Below are positions 9,056 through 17,571 of a DNA stretch of 31,036 nucleotides, piece by piece. The notes under the pieces are model-generated. The model was not told the origin of the DNA. It did no database searches and saw only the letters and a list, made by a program, of their open reading frames with translations. A program made the position numbers and the translations under genes. The stretch comes from a virus. Its lineage: Duplodnaviria > Caudoviricetes. The stretch's first letter is position 1; each line of letters begins with the position of its first letter. The stretch is from positions 1 to 31,036 of the IMG/VR virus record IMGVR_UViG_3300020043_004265; one strand, written 5' to 3'.

Positions 9056-9349
9056 ATGAGAGATTTAGCAGCAATTTACAGAAAACATTTTTTCGTTGAA
9101 ACAGTACAGGCTAACGATAACCTTTTAATCATTGGCCATACCTTCTTACCAGGTGCAGATTCAAACAAAGTTTATGTTCACAGATGCAAAATAAACCCCG
9201 AAAAGTTTGATATTTATTTTGGCGTTATCGGAATGAATTATAATTTTGTATGCAGACACGAGATATTGCAAGTAAGCTACGATGAGATAAGTTCATCAAT
9301 TATCAAATACGTTCCAAATCTACTAATTTATGCCCATTCCAAATCCTAA
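9056..9349 (+). CDS. Hypothetical protein, first gene of the plus-strand module
   Basis: 97 aa, preceded by a promoter and the leader motif. Confidence 0.75.
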   Translation: MRDLAAIYRKHFFVETVQANDNLLIIGHTFLPGADSNKVYVHRCKINPEKFDIYFGVIGMNYNFVCRHEILQVSYDEISSSIIKYVPNLLIYAHSKS

Positions 9350-9791
9350 TCCCGGAGAGCAGTTCGACAAGTTCATCGAACGCTGTATGTCAGATGAGAA
9401 TATGGTCTCTGAATATCCACAAGACCAACGATATGCCATCTGCTCAATGAAGTTTAACAATAAAGACAAGGCAACCAATCCGAAGAACGAAGAAACATTC
9501 ACCGACTATCCAAAGGCAGCCACCGAGAATGCAAAACGTGCGCTTAAATGGAAAGAAGAGAATGGAAACAAGAATGACTGCGGAACTCTTGTCGGATGGA
9601 TGAGAGCAAATCAGTTAGCGAAGAAAGAACCTATCAGCCTCACAACCGTAAAACGTATGGCAGCATTCATAAGACATCAAGAGAACAAAGATGTTAGCTA
9701 TGACCAAGGATGCGGAGGCTTGATGTGGGATGCCTGGGGCGGTGATGAAGGTATCAACTGGGCAATTAGAAAAATCGAATCACTTAAATAA
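9330..9791 (+). CDS. Conserved phage protein of unknown function
   Basis: MPIP.P...E....FI.RCM module plus a NAKRAL.W...CGT.VGW.RANQLA...KRM..F.RH...WGG..G..WA module. Confidence 0.8.
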   Translation: MPIPNPNPGEQFDKFIERCMSDENMVSEYPQDQRYAICSMKFNNKDKATNPKNEETFTDYPKAATENAKRALKWKEENGNKNDCGTLVGWMRANQLAKKEPISLTTVKRMAAFIRHQENKDVSYDQGCGGLMWDAWGGDEGINWAIRKIESLK

Positions 9792-9804
9792 TTAACAATT
9801 TTAA

Positions 9805-9813
9805 AACTACCAA
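9805..9813 (+). promoter_or_regulatory. AACTACC leader motif, copy 2
   Basis: AAAACTACC-AATT-ATG(9816). Confidence 0.75.
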
Positions 9814-9815
9814 TT

Positions 9816-10178
9816 ATGTCAAAGGTAACAGTTCAAAAGTATTATGATGCATTATTATACCTACAAAAAATAGGTAAAATTGAAAACAGTACAAAATTTG
9901 CAAAAGATAAAAAAATAAGTGTAAGATTTATTTTAACTTGTGTAGAATTAGGTTTAGTAGAAAAAATAAATAGATTTTATTATTGTAAGTTTAAAGAACC
10001 GAAAATTGAAATGGCTCAAGATATTATAAAAGTTATTAATGAAAAAAATAATATTTATTATTCTAAAACACCTATACAGCCACAATTACAACTTCCAACA
10101 GATGCACAAATGATTCAACATTTAAAATCATTAGGCTATAAAATTTTAAAACCAGTAACAGAATTTCAAGAACTTTAA
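9816..10178 (+). CDS. Hypothetical, possibly DNA-binding protein; visibly AT-rich gene
   Basis: 120-aa basic ORF bracketed by AAAACTACCAA copies. Confidence 0.75.
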   Translation: MSKVTVQKYYDALLYLQKIGKIENSTKFAKDKKISVRFILTCVELGLVEKINRFYYCKFKEPKIEMAQDIIKVINEKNNIYYSKTPIQPQLQLPTDAQMIQHLKSLGYKILKPVTEFQEL

Positions 10179-10180
10179 AA

Positions 10181-10189
10181 AACTACCAA
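10181..10189 (+). promoter_or_regulatory. AACTACC leader motif, copy 3
   Basis: AAAAAACTACC-AACA-ATG(10192). Confidence 0.75.
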
Positions 10190-10191
10190 CA

Positions 10192-10506
10192 ATGAGAACT
10201 TTATTTTTTATCCTTATGCTGTCATTCAGCGCAGCAGCTCAACAAACTGATTCAGTTTACTGCATTCAAATCCTTTCTACTCGCACACCTGAGTATATCA
10301 GAGCTGAACACTTAGCTATGTGTACACTTGATCAGGCAATGGTCGAACAAAAAGATAGCCTATATCGCATTATGTTTGTTTACGATACATTTGAAGAAGC
10401 TGAAATAATGCTTACCACGTGGAAGCGAGCGCACAAAGATGCGTTTATCTGTCGCAGAACCCGAAAACAAGTTTCTCAATACTTTCCTTTTGTTACTAAG
10501 CTATGA
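10192..10506 (+). CDS. Secreted SPOR-domain-like protein
   Basis: Signal peptide ending AAA-Q; YCIQI...YRI....TFEEAE..L..WK...KDAFI pattern resembles SPOR. Confidence 0.6.
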   Translation: MRTLFFILMLSFSAAAQQTDSVYCIQILSTRTPEYIRAEHLAMCTLDQAMVEQKDSLYRIMFVYDTFEEAEIMLTTWKRAHKDAFICRRTRKQVSQYFPFVTKL

Positions 10507-10670
10507 AAGATATCATAATAGTAATAGTTTTGGCTATCTTGGTATGGCAATTATTACGCTGCGAGTTTCAGCAGGAATACAAGGCACCTGAGCAACCTTT
10601 CAATGGCTCAGATACTTTAAAAATCTTTTTTGTTAACGACTCCATCACGGAAATAAAACCTTTGAAATGA
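10503..10670 (+). CDS. Small membrane protein or lipoprotein (55 aa; absent from the ORF track)
   Basis: MKDIIIVIVLAILVWQLLRC...; ATGA overlaps with both neighbours. Confidence 0.7.
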   Translation: MKDIIIVIVLAILVWQLLRCEFQQEYKAPEQPFNGSDTLKIFFVNDSITEIKPLK

Positions 10671-10885
10671 CAGCAGTAGAATGGTTAATAGAAAATATTT
10701 TAAAACACGATAAATCATTTATTGAGTTTTATAATGCTGAAATTCAACAAGCCAAAGAAATGGAAAAGCAGCAGATAATAGATGCTGTAGAATGGGGTAA
10801 TCGAAAAGGATATGATGAACATAGACTTACTTGTATATTAGATGAAGATGAAGATTACTACAATGAAACCTACAAAAAACATTAA
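10667..10885 (+). CDS. Small TAVEWL-family phage protein
   Basis: MTAVEWL...QAKEMEKQQIIDA...EDYYNETY. Confidence 0.85.
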   Translation: MTAVEWLIENILKHDKSFIEFYNAEIQQAKEMEKQQIIDAVEWGNRKGYDEHRLTCILDEDEDYYNETYKKH

Positions 10886-10890
10886 CGATA

Positions 10891-10965
10891 CTTGGTTTTG
10901 GTAGTTCCAGAAGGGCAGGCCGCTGAACAAAAACTTACCTGACAGCTGGAAAGACAGCATTTTTT
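10891..10965 (+). ncRNA. Candidate structured RNA carrying the antisense loop UUUUGGUAGUU
   Basis: Intergenic. (CT)TGG-TTTTGGTAGTT-CCA(G) hairpin, CAGG/CCTG pairing, GCTG-GAAAGA-CAGC hairpin, then T6. Confidence 0.5.
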
Positions 10966-10984
10966 AACTTAAAAAACCTTTGAA

Positions 10985-11140
10985 ATGAACGAAGAAACAG
11001 AAACAGCAGTTGAGTTTTTATTCCGTATGTATATGGATAAAAAACAAAACCTCACCCTTGCAGACTTTATCAATGCCGTTGACATCGAAACTGAACAGCT
11101 CATACAGGCATCACAACAAAACTATCAATCAGAAAACTAA
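10985..11140 (+). CDS. Small TAVE-family paralogue (51 aa; absent from the ORF track)
   Basis: MNEETETAVEFLFRMY...; same leader as the 10667 gene. Confidence 0.7.
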   Translation: MNEETETAVEFLFRMYMDKKQNLTLADFINAVDIETEQLIQASQQNYQSEN

Positions 11141-11147
11141 CTACCAA
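11139..11147 (+). promoter_or_regulatory. AACTACC leader motif, copy 4
   Basis: TAACTACC-A-ATG(11147). Confidence 0.75.
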
Positions 11148-11686
11148 TGAAAGCAATCTTAATCTGTACAGCACTCGCAGCACTACTGCTGTCATTCAAA
11201 CTTGCAACACCAGCAAACCCACCATCGGGCAAACCTGCCAAACAGAAACCTGCTCACGTAGAAAAATACATTAAGAGATTTTTGAAGACTGCACAGCGTG
11301 AAGCAGACCTTTACAACATTCCTGTGTCAATAACTTTGGCACAGGGTATCATCGAAAGTAACTCGGGCCGATCAGACCTAAGCAGAAAACACAACAACCA
11401 CTTCGGAATGAAATGGCATCGCAGCAGGAAAGAAAAATACGCTGTGTTCCGTGATGATACTCCGACCGATAGGTTTGTTGTTTATCGTTCAGCTTGGTGG
11501 TCTTACCGTGACCATTCGAAGCTCTTAGTTTCTGCCCGGTACAGACACCTCACAAAACTAAAACGAACTGACTATAAAAGATGGGCAAGAGGATTGAAGA
11601 AAGCAGGATATGCTACCGCTCCGCACTATGCCACAGCACTAATCAATATTATTGAAACTTATGACCTTGACAAGTACGACAGATGA
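11147..11686 (+). CDS. Secreted GH73 (FlgJ-like) glucosaminidase/muramidase
   Basis: Signal peptide; IPVSITLAQGIIES, NNHFGMK, GYATAPHY motifs. Confidence 0.9.
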   Translation: MKAILICTALAALLLSFKLATPANPPSGKPAKQKPAHVEKYIKRFLKTAQREADLYNIPVSITLAQGIIESNSGRSDLSRKHNNHFGMKWHRSRKEKYAVFRDDTPTDRFVVYRSAWWSYRDHSKLLVSARYRHLTKLKRTDYKRWARGLKKAGYATAPHYATALINIIETYDLDKYDR

Positions 11687-12450
11687 GACCAATACAGATT
11701 GAAAAATCATTCACACAGCACAACCTGCAAAGTTTTCTAACTGAAGCACAAAAATATAAACAGCTCACCCCTGAGCAGGAGATTACAGCAACACCCGAAC
11801 AACTTGTCAAACACAATATGCTTTTTGTTGTAAGTGTCGCAAAGCAATACGGCAGCAAAGCAAGTGACCTGAAAGACTTAATCCAGGAAGGAATGATTGG
11901 ACTGATAAAGGCATCACAAAGATACGATCCATCAAGAGGCTTCAAGTTTATCTCTTATGCTGTATGGTATATTCAGCAAAGCATAATGGCATACCTTAGA
12001 AATCAGCGTAACCTTATCAGGGTATCGGAACCACAGATAATATCAAATCGGAAGATAATGGAACTGATTGACACGCATACGGAAGAGGAAATCAAAGACA
12101 AGCTGAAGATTACCGATAACGTATTCAGAAACTTTATTCATAGTCCATTTACAGAATCAATGGATGATCAATACGATGCAGATTCCGATGATTACACAAA
12201 GCAATATGTTTCTGATGATAACTTTTTGGACTACTATGAGAATAAAGATATGGCTGACCGTATCAAAACATTGATGGAAAAATTGTCATTCAAGGAGCAG
12301 CATATCATTTACCAAGTTTATCTTATGCCATTCCCGAAAACTAATCAGGAACTGGCAATGGAAATGAAGATGTCACAGCAAGGAGTGAGATACCTTCACG
12401 ATCGGGCACTCAAAAAACTTAAACTAAAAACCTCCGTTCACGGCCTGTAA
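11683..12450 (+). CDS. Sigma-70 family RNA polymerase sigma factor (RpoD/RpoS-like)
   Basis: Region 1.2 LTPEQE; region 2 NMLFVVSVAKQY and DLIQEGMIGLIKA..YDPSRGFKFISYAVW; region 4 HTH ending RALKKLK. Confidence 0.92.
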   Translation: MRPIQIEKSFTQHNLQSFLTEAQKYKQLTPEQEITATPEQLVKHNMLFVVSVAKQYGSKASDLKDLIQEGMIGLIKASQRYDPSRGFKFISYAVWYIQQSIMAYLRNQRNLIRVSEPQIISNRKIMELIDTHTEEEIKDKLKITDNVFRNFIHSPFTESMDDQYDADSDDYTKQYVSDDNFLDYYENKDMADRIKTLMEKLSFKEQHIIYQVYLMPFPKTNQELAMEMKMSQQGVRYLHDRALKKLKLKTSVHGL

Positions 12451-12691
12451 GTTCAACCAGGATGCGTTCAGAGATATTGTATTTCGCAGACAGTTCTTTT
12501 ATTGTCTGCGTTTTTGTTTTGTTTCCTATGCTGTCATAAAACTCGCAGATGGCACAATACTGCAAAACTCTGCGCTCTGTAACGATGCCCGATTCAATGA
12601 GCATATCAGATAGCGTTTCAGGAGTGATGATTTCCATCTGCTCAATGCGCTCTGACAACCTTCGTGCAAACTCGCTTTTAATATTCTCCAT
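12419..12691 (-). CDS. Hypothetical protein with a C-terminal HTH-like segment
   Basis: IKELSAKYNISERIL; start reassigned to MENIKSE (12691), which overlaps the upstream stop. Confidence 0.6.
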   Translation of the reverse strand: MENIKSEFARRLSERIEQMEIITPETLSDMLIESGIVTERRVLQYCAICEFYDSIGNKTKTQTIKELSAKYNISERILVELTGRERRFLV

Positions 12692-12938
12692 ACATTCCAT
12701 TTTCTTCATAGGTTTTAATTGCTTCCATAACCTTGCGGAATACTTTACCTCTGCACGATGAACAGTTGTCCTCCATAATGACATTGGATGTGAAGAGATA
12801 TTCGTTGTAAATCTCAAACAGATACCTTGTGCGGTCATCACCTTGAGGCAATCCTCTTGGTAGTTCCAACATCCAATCCTTTAACTGGACAAGTTCTTCC
12901 CTATGCTCTTCGGGAATGTTGTAAGCTTTGTTTCTCAT
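12678..12938 (-). CDS. Hypothetical protein with a CxxC motif
   Basis: 86 aa, NCSSCRGKV; ATGA-coupled to the upstream gene. Confidence 0.75.
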   Translation of the reverse strand: MRNKAYNIPEEHREELVQLKDWMLELPRGLPQGDDRTRYLFEIYNEYLFTSNVIMEDNCSSCRGKVFRKVMEAIKTYEENGMYGEY

Positions 12939-13372
12939 ATTGCTAATAAGATTAGTGCTGCCAAAAATCCTGTACCTGCACCGATGCCAATCAGCTTCCA
13001 GGTCTTTTTTCTTCGGGTTTCTTTTACAAGCTTTTTCTGTACCTCTTTGTGTACAATGGCATCCCGATTGTAGCTTTCAATTATCTGTTTGTAACCTGAT
13101 ATTTCAAGTTCCATTGTCTGCAATCTTCTATCCTGCATCATATTCAGTCTTTGATATTTGTTCAAAGTAGAATAGCAGCTGTCCAAGATGGTTTCAGTTT
13201 CTTTTAGCACTACCTTATAATGTTTTAGGCTGTCAAAACGTGAAGCTGTCAACTCCATAAACGTGCGAGTGACAATAAATCCATCAGGATGTGGCTTAAT
13301 TTGCGAGAACCCTGGCAACCAAAGCAGAATCGCTAAGGCTGTGATAAGATATTGGTGGTGCAGGTGGTACAT
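12935..13372 (-). CDS. Putative spanin-like lysis protein (signal peptide, coiled coil, C-terminal TM)
   Basis: Hydrophobic N-terminus ending GFSQ, coiled coil, C-terminal LIGIGAGTGFLAALILLAI; overlaps the partner gene by 77 nt. Confidence 0.55.
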   Translation of the reverse strand: MYHLHHQYLITALAILLWLPGFSQIKPHPDGFIVTRTFMELTASRFDSLKHYKVVLKETETILDSCYSTLNKYQRLNMMQDRRLQTMELEISGYKQIIESYNRDAIVHKEVQKKLVKETRRKKTWKLIGIGAGTGFLAALILLAI

Positions 13373-13640
13373 TGATATTTATTTTGATGTTTTTAATCTG
13401 CTTCTTTACATCCTCGGTCTGAATGGACAAAATTTGTCCAAAGGTATCAATCTCTTCGGTCAGCTTCTCACGATCTTTCTGCAAAGATACAATACTTTGC
13501 AATACCGAATCTCTAAAATTGCGTTCATTTTTCAGCAATTGCTTGTGAAAATTGGTAGTGCTGTCATAAAACAAGTAGGACAGCACCCCAATCAAACCTA
13601 TTAAAACTAAAATCAGCAGTAAAATTATGTTGTTTTTCAT
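13296..13640 (-). CDS. Putative i-spanin-like membrane protein
   Basis: N-terminal TM helix, coiled coil, Pro-rich tail. Confidence 0.55.
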   Translation of the reverse strand: MKNNIILLLILVLIGLIGVLSYLFYDSTTNFHKQLLKNERNFRDSVLQSIVSLQKDREKLTEEIDTFGQILSIQTEDVKKQIKNIKININVPPAPPISYHSLSDSALVARVLAN

Positions 13641-16600
13641 CGTAGCGTTACTTTTTTTCTGATGCGCTCACCTTCTCTTGTATCTCTGTGCAGCTCATCC
13701 GTTACCAAATATACTTTGCTATCCAATACCTGACCACTTATCGCAGTAGTACGGTCATTAAACGCTCTTAGTGTGCTGTTACCTATGCCACCGACATTTG
13801 GCGCACCGAGCAAACCACCATCTGCGAAGCCTGGTATCCTCGCAGCACTCAGCACAGGTCTTAGCATCTTTGTCTGTTTGGCATTCAGGAATGTTTCACC
13901 TACCCGGGCAGCAACCAATACATTGTCACCTTTGCTTGTCTGTGGTATGTTCTGCACACCAACAACTTTGCCACCACTATCAGGAAGTGCAACAGGAGTA
14001 ACTGCACCACCATCCGCTAATGGCTGTGCTGCAATGATAGCTGTTTGAGCAGCACCTGCAACGCCTGCCAATAAAGCAGCAACTGGCCCACCTTTGATGA
14101 ATGCTGTCGATACTGCCAATGCTGTATTGATGATGGACTGAATTATTGCCAATGCCTTTGACCTCTTTGCGGCTTGTAGCTGTATTCTTTCCTGCTCTGC
14201 TGCAAGTTTCTTCTCGTTCTCAATCTCATTATCCAACTGCTGCTGAAGGAACTGCCTGCGCAATCCTGTGGCGTTTTCAAGTTCTTCATTCAGTTTCTCT
14301 TGTCTCTGACTGCTGCGCTCCAACTGTTCCTCAACTTGCTTCTCTGCCCTGGCATTGATAACAGATAAGATTTGATCAATAAACTGAAGACCTTGCTGAA
14401 CATAACTGGCAATCTCTTCAAGCTGCTTAATCCTTTCATCTTTGATATCATCACCAGTCTTTTTGACCTTATCCCTGTATGCCAACTCAGCAGCAGAAAG
14501 TTTTGTGTTCAGTTCCTGCCTTGCCTTATCAACTGCATCGAACTCCTCTTGCTTAATGGCAACACCTTTGTCAGCCTGCTCTTTCAAAAATGCTTCCTGA
14601 TCGTCAACCGCTCGCTGCTGATTTTTAATTTTTTCAATCTCAGCAAGTATCTTTTTCTCTTCTGCAATACGTATCAATGCCTCACGTTTTTTGGCATTAG
14701 TTTCATTTATCAAAAGTTTATTCAGCGTCTCTTCGTTTTCAAGTTCACGCATATCGTTAAACTCTTCAATGAAGCTGATTTCATCAAACATCTGCCTATC
14801 TCGCAGTTCTTTCATTTTTTGCAGATTGTCTTCTGCCTTCTGCATTTCTTCTTTGCGATAGGTATCGTTTATCTCCGCTTTCTTATTGGCTGTGTTCTTC
14901 TCAATCTGCTCTTCAATCTGTGCCTGTAATTTTTTAACTTCCTCAAGTTGTTTGGCATTGTCTTGTTGAGCTTTTAATAGTTCGGCAGAACCTTTACCAA
15001 ATGCTTTTAAAAGTTCATCCTCACGATTTTTAGCAGCTAAGACTGCATCATCATATTGCTTTTTGAGTGCTGCTTTTTCCTGCTCTGCACTTTGCTCTAA
15101 TTCTGCAAGCTCACGTTCACGACTGTCTTTAATGTTCTTGACAATCTCTTCTTGTAGCCTTGTCTGCAATTCTAAAAGCAATGCAGATTTTTCTTGTGCA
15201 TTCTTTATTTCATCCTGCGCATATTTCTCACGTGCTTGTTTCTGTTTTTCAGCTGCTTGATTTGCTGCTTCTTGCTGCTTTTTTAATAGCTCAACATCTA
15301 CCTTTAAACTCTTCTCACCAGTCTTTTTATCTTGTTCGACTCGCTGAGCATCACCTGCTTTCTTTGCATCGTTGTAACCTTTGGAGAATGCTTCTGCAAT
15401 GGTCATACCAGCCTTACCTATTTCAGATTGTTGCTTTCTCAAATCTTCAATGGCACTTTTTACATTGGCACCGAAAACACCTTTAACCTGTTCAGCAAAT
15501 ATCTGTGCCTCTAAGAATAAAGATTGGAATGTATTGACAAAGCTTACACCGACTTGCTGCAATGCAGATACAACCCCCGAAAATACAGCAGGTAAATTAT
15601 TGAATACACCAATGATATTATTTATTGCAGCTCCTATGCTTGAAAATACACCTTGTAAAAAAGGACTTTGCTTAATGATATTTGCGACTGTATCATACCA
15701 ACTTGACAGAGCATTTATCAAAATCGGGAAGACAGTAGCTATGACTGTAAGCGGCCCTAATAAAAATTTGACAGCTACCCCAAGTAGATTAAACTGAACA
15801 TTCCCAAGTTTTAAAAAACCAAATACCTTACTGAATGAATCTGATAAATTACCAAACGCATCTGCCAACGGCTTGAATAAATCTATTATTTCGGCTATGA
15901 CTTGGAAAAATCCTGTTTCAAGCTGCTTACCAAAGTTCTTTACACCGCCTGTTTGCTTCTCAATCCTTTGTGCAATTTCAATCTGTGACAATGCAAGCTC
16001 CTTATTTGTATTGACAGCAGCTTTGTTTTTTTCTGAAAAGTCACTTATCTCATTACTCGCACTTTTGAATGCCTGCGGATATTCCGTAATAGCTTTAAGG
16101 TACTCGTCTGCATTACCACGGCCTTCAACAAGTGTTCCTTCCAATTTACCCAATGCATCCTCAAAGCTTATGCCTAAACTTTTACTGAGTGATTCAGCAG
16201 CTGCCGATATTGTCTTTGCATCTGTGTTGAAAGTTTCAGCCAGCGCAGTTGTAGATGCTGTGAGGCTATTAAGGTCTTCACCATAAGCACCCGAAAACTC
16301 AGCAACCGTGTTTTTCGTTTCGTCAATCTTGGATATAAACTGGTCAAGCTTTTGGATAGCCTGCCCGATCAACTTCGCACCTTGAAATGCAACGAAGCCA
16401 CCAACTAAAGCCTTACCAAATCCATTGATATTTCCTTGTCCATCTTTTAACTGCTCGGAGAATGCCTCAAAGCCTGGTATCGTTCTTGTAAGCGAACGGT
16501 TTATTATTGCAAAAGTCTTAGGGTAGTTACCGACATTGCGTTGAAACTGACCTGTACTTTCGTCAATCTTTTTAAGTTCAGTATCGAGCTGCTGAATCTT

Positions 16601-16945
16601 AGTTTTAAGTTCCTGACCTTTGGCAGCATTTCTTTCGGCAGCAGATAAGTTTTTGTATTGCTTTCTTAGGTCAACAAGCTGCTGATTCAATTGGTAATAA
16701 CTACCCTCAGCTGCTTTTGTTCCCTCGGCAGACTTAATGAAATCTTTCTGCTCTTTCCTTGCCTTTATGATTTGCTCATTCGTTGCAGCAATCTGATTTC
16801 GGAGCTTTATGTATTCATCGCTGCCCTTCTCAGTTTCTTTAAGTTCTGCATTGAGTTTTTCAAGTTGCTGCTCAAGACCTACAACTTGTCTTGTTAAGTC
16901 CGACAAGCCATCAATCTCAATTGATAACGCTATTGTTTTTGCCAT
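13637..16945 (-). CDS. Tape measure protein
   Basis: 1102 aa, helical/coiled-coil; FQRNVGNY motif, central amphipathic stretch, C-terminal ADGG motifs. Confidence 0.9.
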   Translation of the reverse strand: MAKTIALSIEIDGLSDLTRQVVGLEQQLEKLNAELKETEKGSDEYIKLRNQIAATNEQIIKARKEQKDFIKSAEGTKAAEGSYYQLNQQLVDLRKQYKNLSAAERNAAKGQELKTKIQQLDTELKKIDESTGQFQRNVGNYPKTFAIINRSLTRTIPGFEAFSEQLKDGQGNINGFGKALVGGFVAFQGAKLIGQAIQKLDQFISKIDETKNTVAEFSGAYGEDLNSLTASTTALAETFNTDAKTISAAAESLSKSLGISFEDALGKLEGTLVEGRGNADEYLKAITEYPQAFKSASNEISDFSEKNKAAVNTNKELALSQIEIAQRIEKQTGGVKNFGKQLETGFFQVIAEIIDLFKPLADAFGNLSDSFSKVFGFLKLGNVQFNLLGVAVKFLLGPLTVIATVFPILINALSSWYDTVANIIKQSPFLQGVFSSIGAAINNIIGVFNNLPAVFSGVVSALQQVGVSFVNTFQSLFLEAQIFAEQVKGVFGANVKSAIEDLRKQQSEIGKAGMTIAEAFSKGYNDAKKAGDAQRVEQDKKTGEKSLKVDVELLKKQQEAANQAAEKQKQAREKYAQDEIKNAQEKSALLLELQTRLQEEIVKNIKDSRERELAELEQSAEQEKAALKKQYDDAVLAAKNREDELLKAFGKGSAELLKAQQDNAKQLEEVKKLQAQIEEQIEKNTANKKAEINDTYRKEEMQKAEDNLQKMKELRDRQMFDEISFIEEFNDMRELENEETLNKLLINETNAKKREALIRIAEEKKILAEIEKIKNQQRAVDDQEAFLKEQADKGVAIKQEEFDAVDKARQELNTKLSAAELAYRDKVKKTGDDIKDERIKQLEEIASYVQQGLQFIDQILSVINARAEKQVEEQLERSSQRQEKLNEELENATGLRRQFLQQQLDNEIENEKKLAAEQERIQLQAAKRSKALAIIQSIINTALAVSTAFIKGGPVAALLAGVAGAAQTAIIAAQPLADGGAVTPVALPDSGGKVVGVQNIPQTSKGDNVLVAARVGETFLNAKQTKMLRPVLSAARIPGFADGGLLGAPNVGGIGNSTLRAFNDRTTAISGQVLDSKVYLVTDELHRDTREGERIRKKVTLR

Positions 16946-17571
16946 TATAGTTCTATTAGTGTAAAGTTAATAAGTTGGTTCGCTTGGAATATTTTGATAG
17001 CCTCAAACCATCTTGCATCGGGGACAACCATACAACCAGCCGACCAGTTATCGACAAAGCTGCCAATGCCGCCACGGTGAAAATTGATACCGTAATAGCC
17101 TTTAGTCTTTATTGCCTTGTCAAGCTTTCGGTCTTTGTTGCCATCACGATAAATCTCAATCGCACCTGCCTGATAAAAGTAAGGCGCACCTAACCAAAGT
17201 GATGACCAGGTTCCCGATGTAACAAACTTATGCGATCCGATAACTTGCTGCTCGCAGGCAACCGCCGCACCCGTTATGCCGCCAACAGTCAACGGATTAA
17301 ATATGTAAAAATCACCAGGCGTAGTGCTGCACGGCATTACCATATCCGCTATCCTGTTGTTGAATCTCACAACGTAGTCCGCAAACTTGTTGTCGAAGCT
17401 CTGATCAGTTCTAATCCAAACAAAATCAGTTACAGGTTTCACCCATCCTCTGATGTTCATCTCGGCATCAATCCATTGCTTTGATGCTGCCAATGTAAGC
17501 GGCCCGACAATTCCATCGATGTTGCCGGTGTAATAACCTCGGTCTTTAAGTATCTGCTGAAAGTTTTTCAT
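16945..17571 (-). CDS. Endolysin candidate: peptidoglycan-binding domain plus an L,D-transpeptidase-like (His/Cys) catalytic domain
   Basis: LKDRGYYTGNIDGIVGPLT (PG_binding_1-like); GINFHRG...NWSAGC. Confidence 0.75.
   Translation of the reverse strand: MKNFQQILKDRGYYTGNIDGIVGPLTLAASKQWIDAEMNIRGWVKPVTDFVWIRTDQSFDNKFADYVVRFNNRIADMVMPCSTTPGDFYIFNPLTVGGITGAAVACEQQVIGSHKFVTSGTWSSLWLGAPYFYQAGAIEIYRDGNKDRKLDKAIKTKGYYGINFHRGGIGSFVDNWSAGCMVVPDARWFEAIKIFQANQLINFTLIEL

Larger units (their letters stand above)
10655..10988 (+). repeat. 16-bp direct repeat AAAACCTTTGAAATGA (10655-10670 and 10973-10988)
   Basis: Exact repeat; each copy contains the ATG of a TAVE-family gene. Confidence 0.85.

Noticed and set aside
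10891-10965. tRNA or hammerhead ribozyme reading of this element
   Set aside because: No cloverleaf or T-loop, and no CUGAUGA core
12857-12865. AACTACCAA on the minus strand, 15 nt upstream of ATG 12841
   Set aside because: Lies inside the CxxC gene; ATG 12841 is probably not a real start and the spacing does not fit. Not counted as a leader.
13771-16897. Many plus-strand ORFs over the tape measure gene (and similar ones over the capsid, portal, terL and helicase genes)
   Set aside because: Antisense shadows of well-supported genes, with no motifs or leaders
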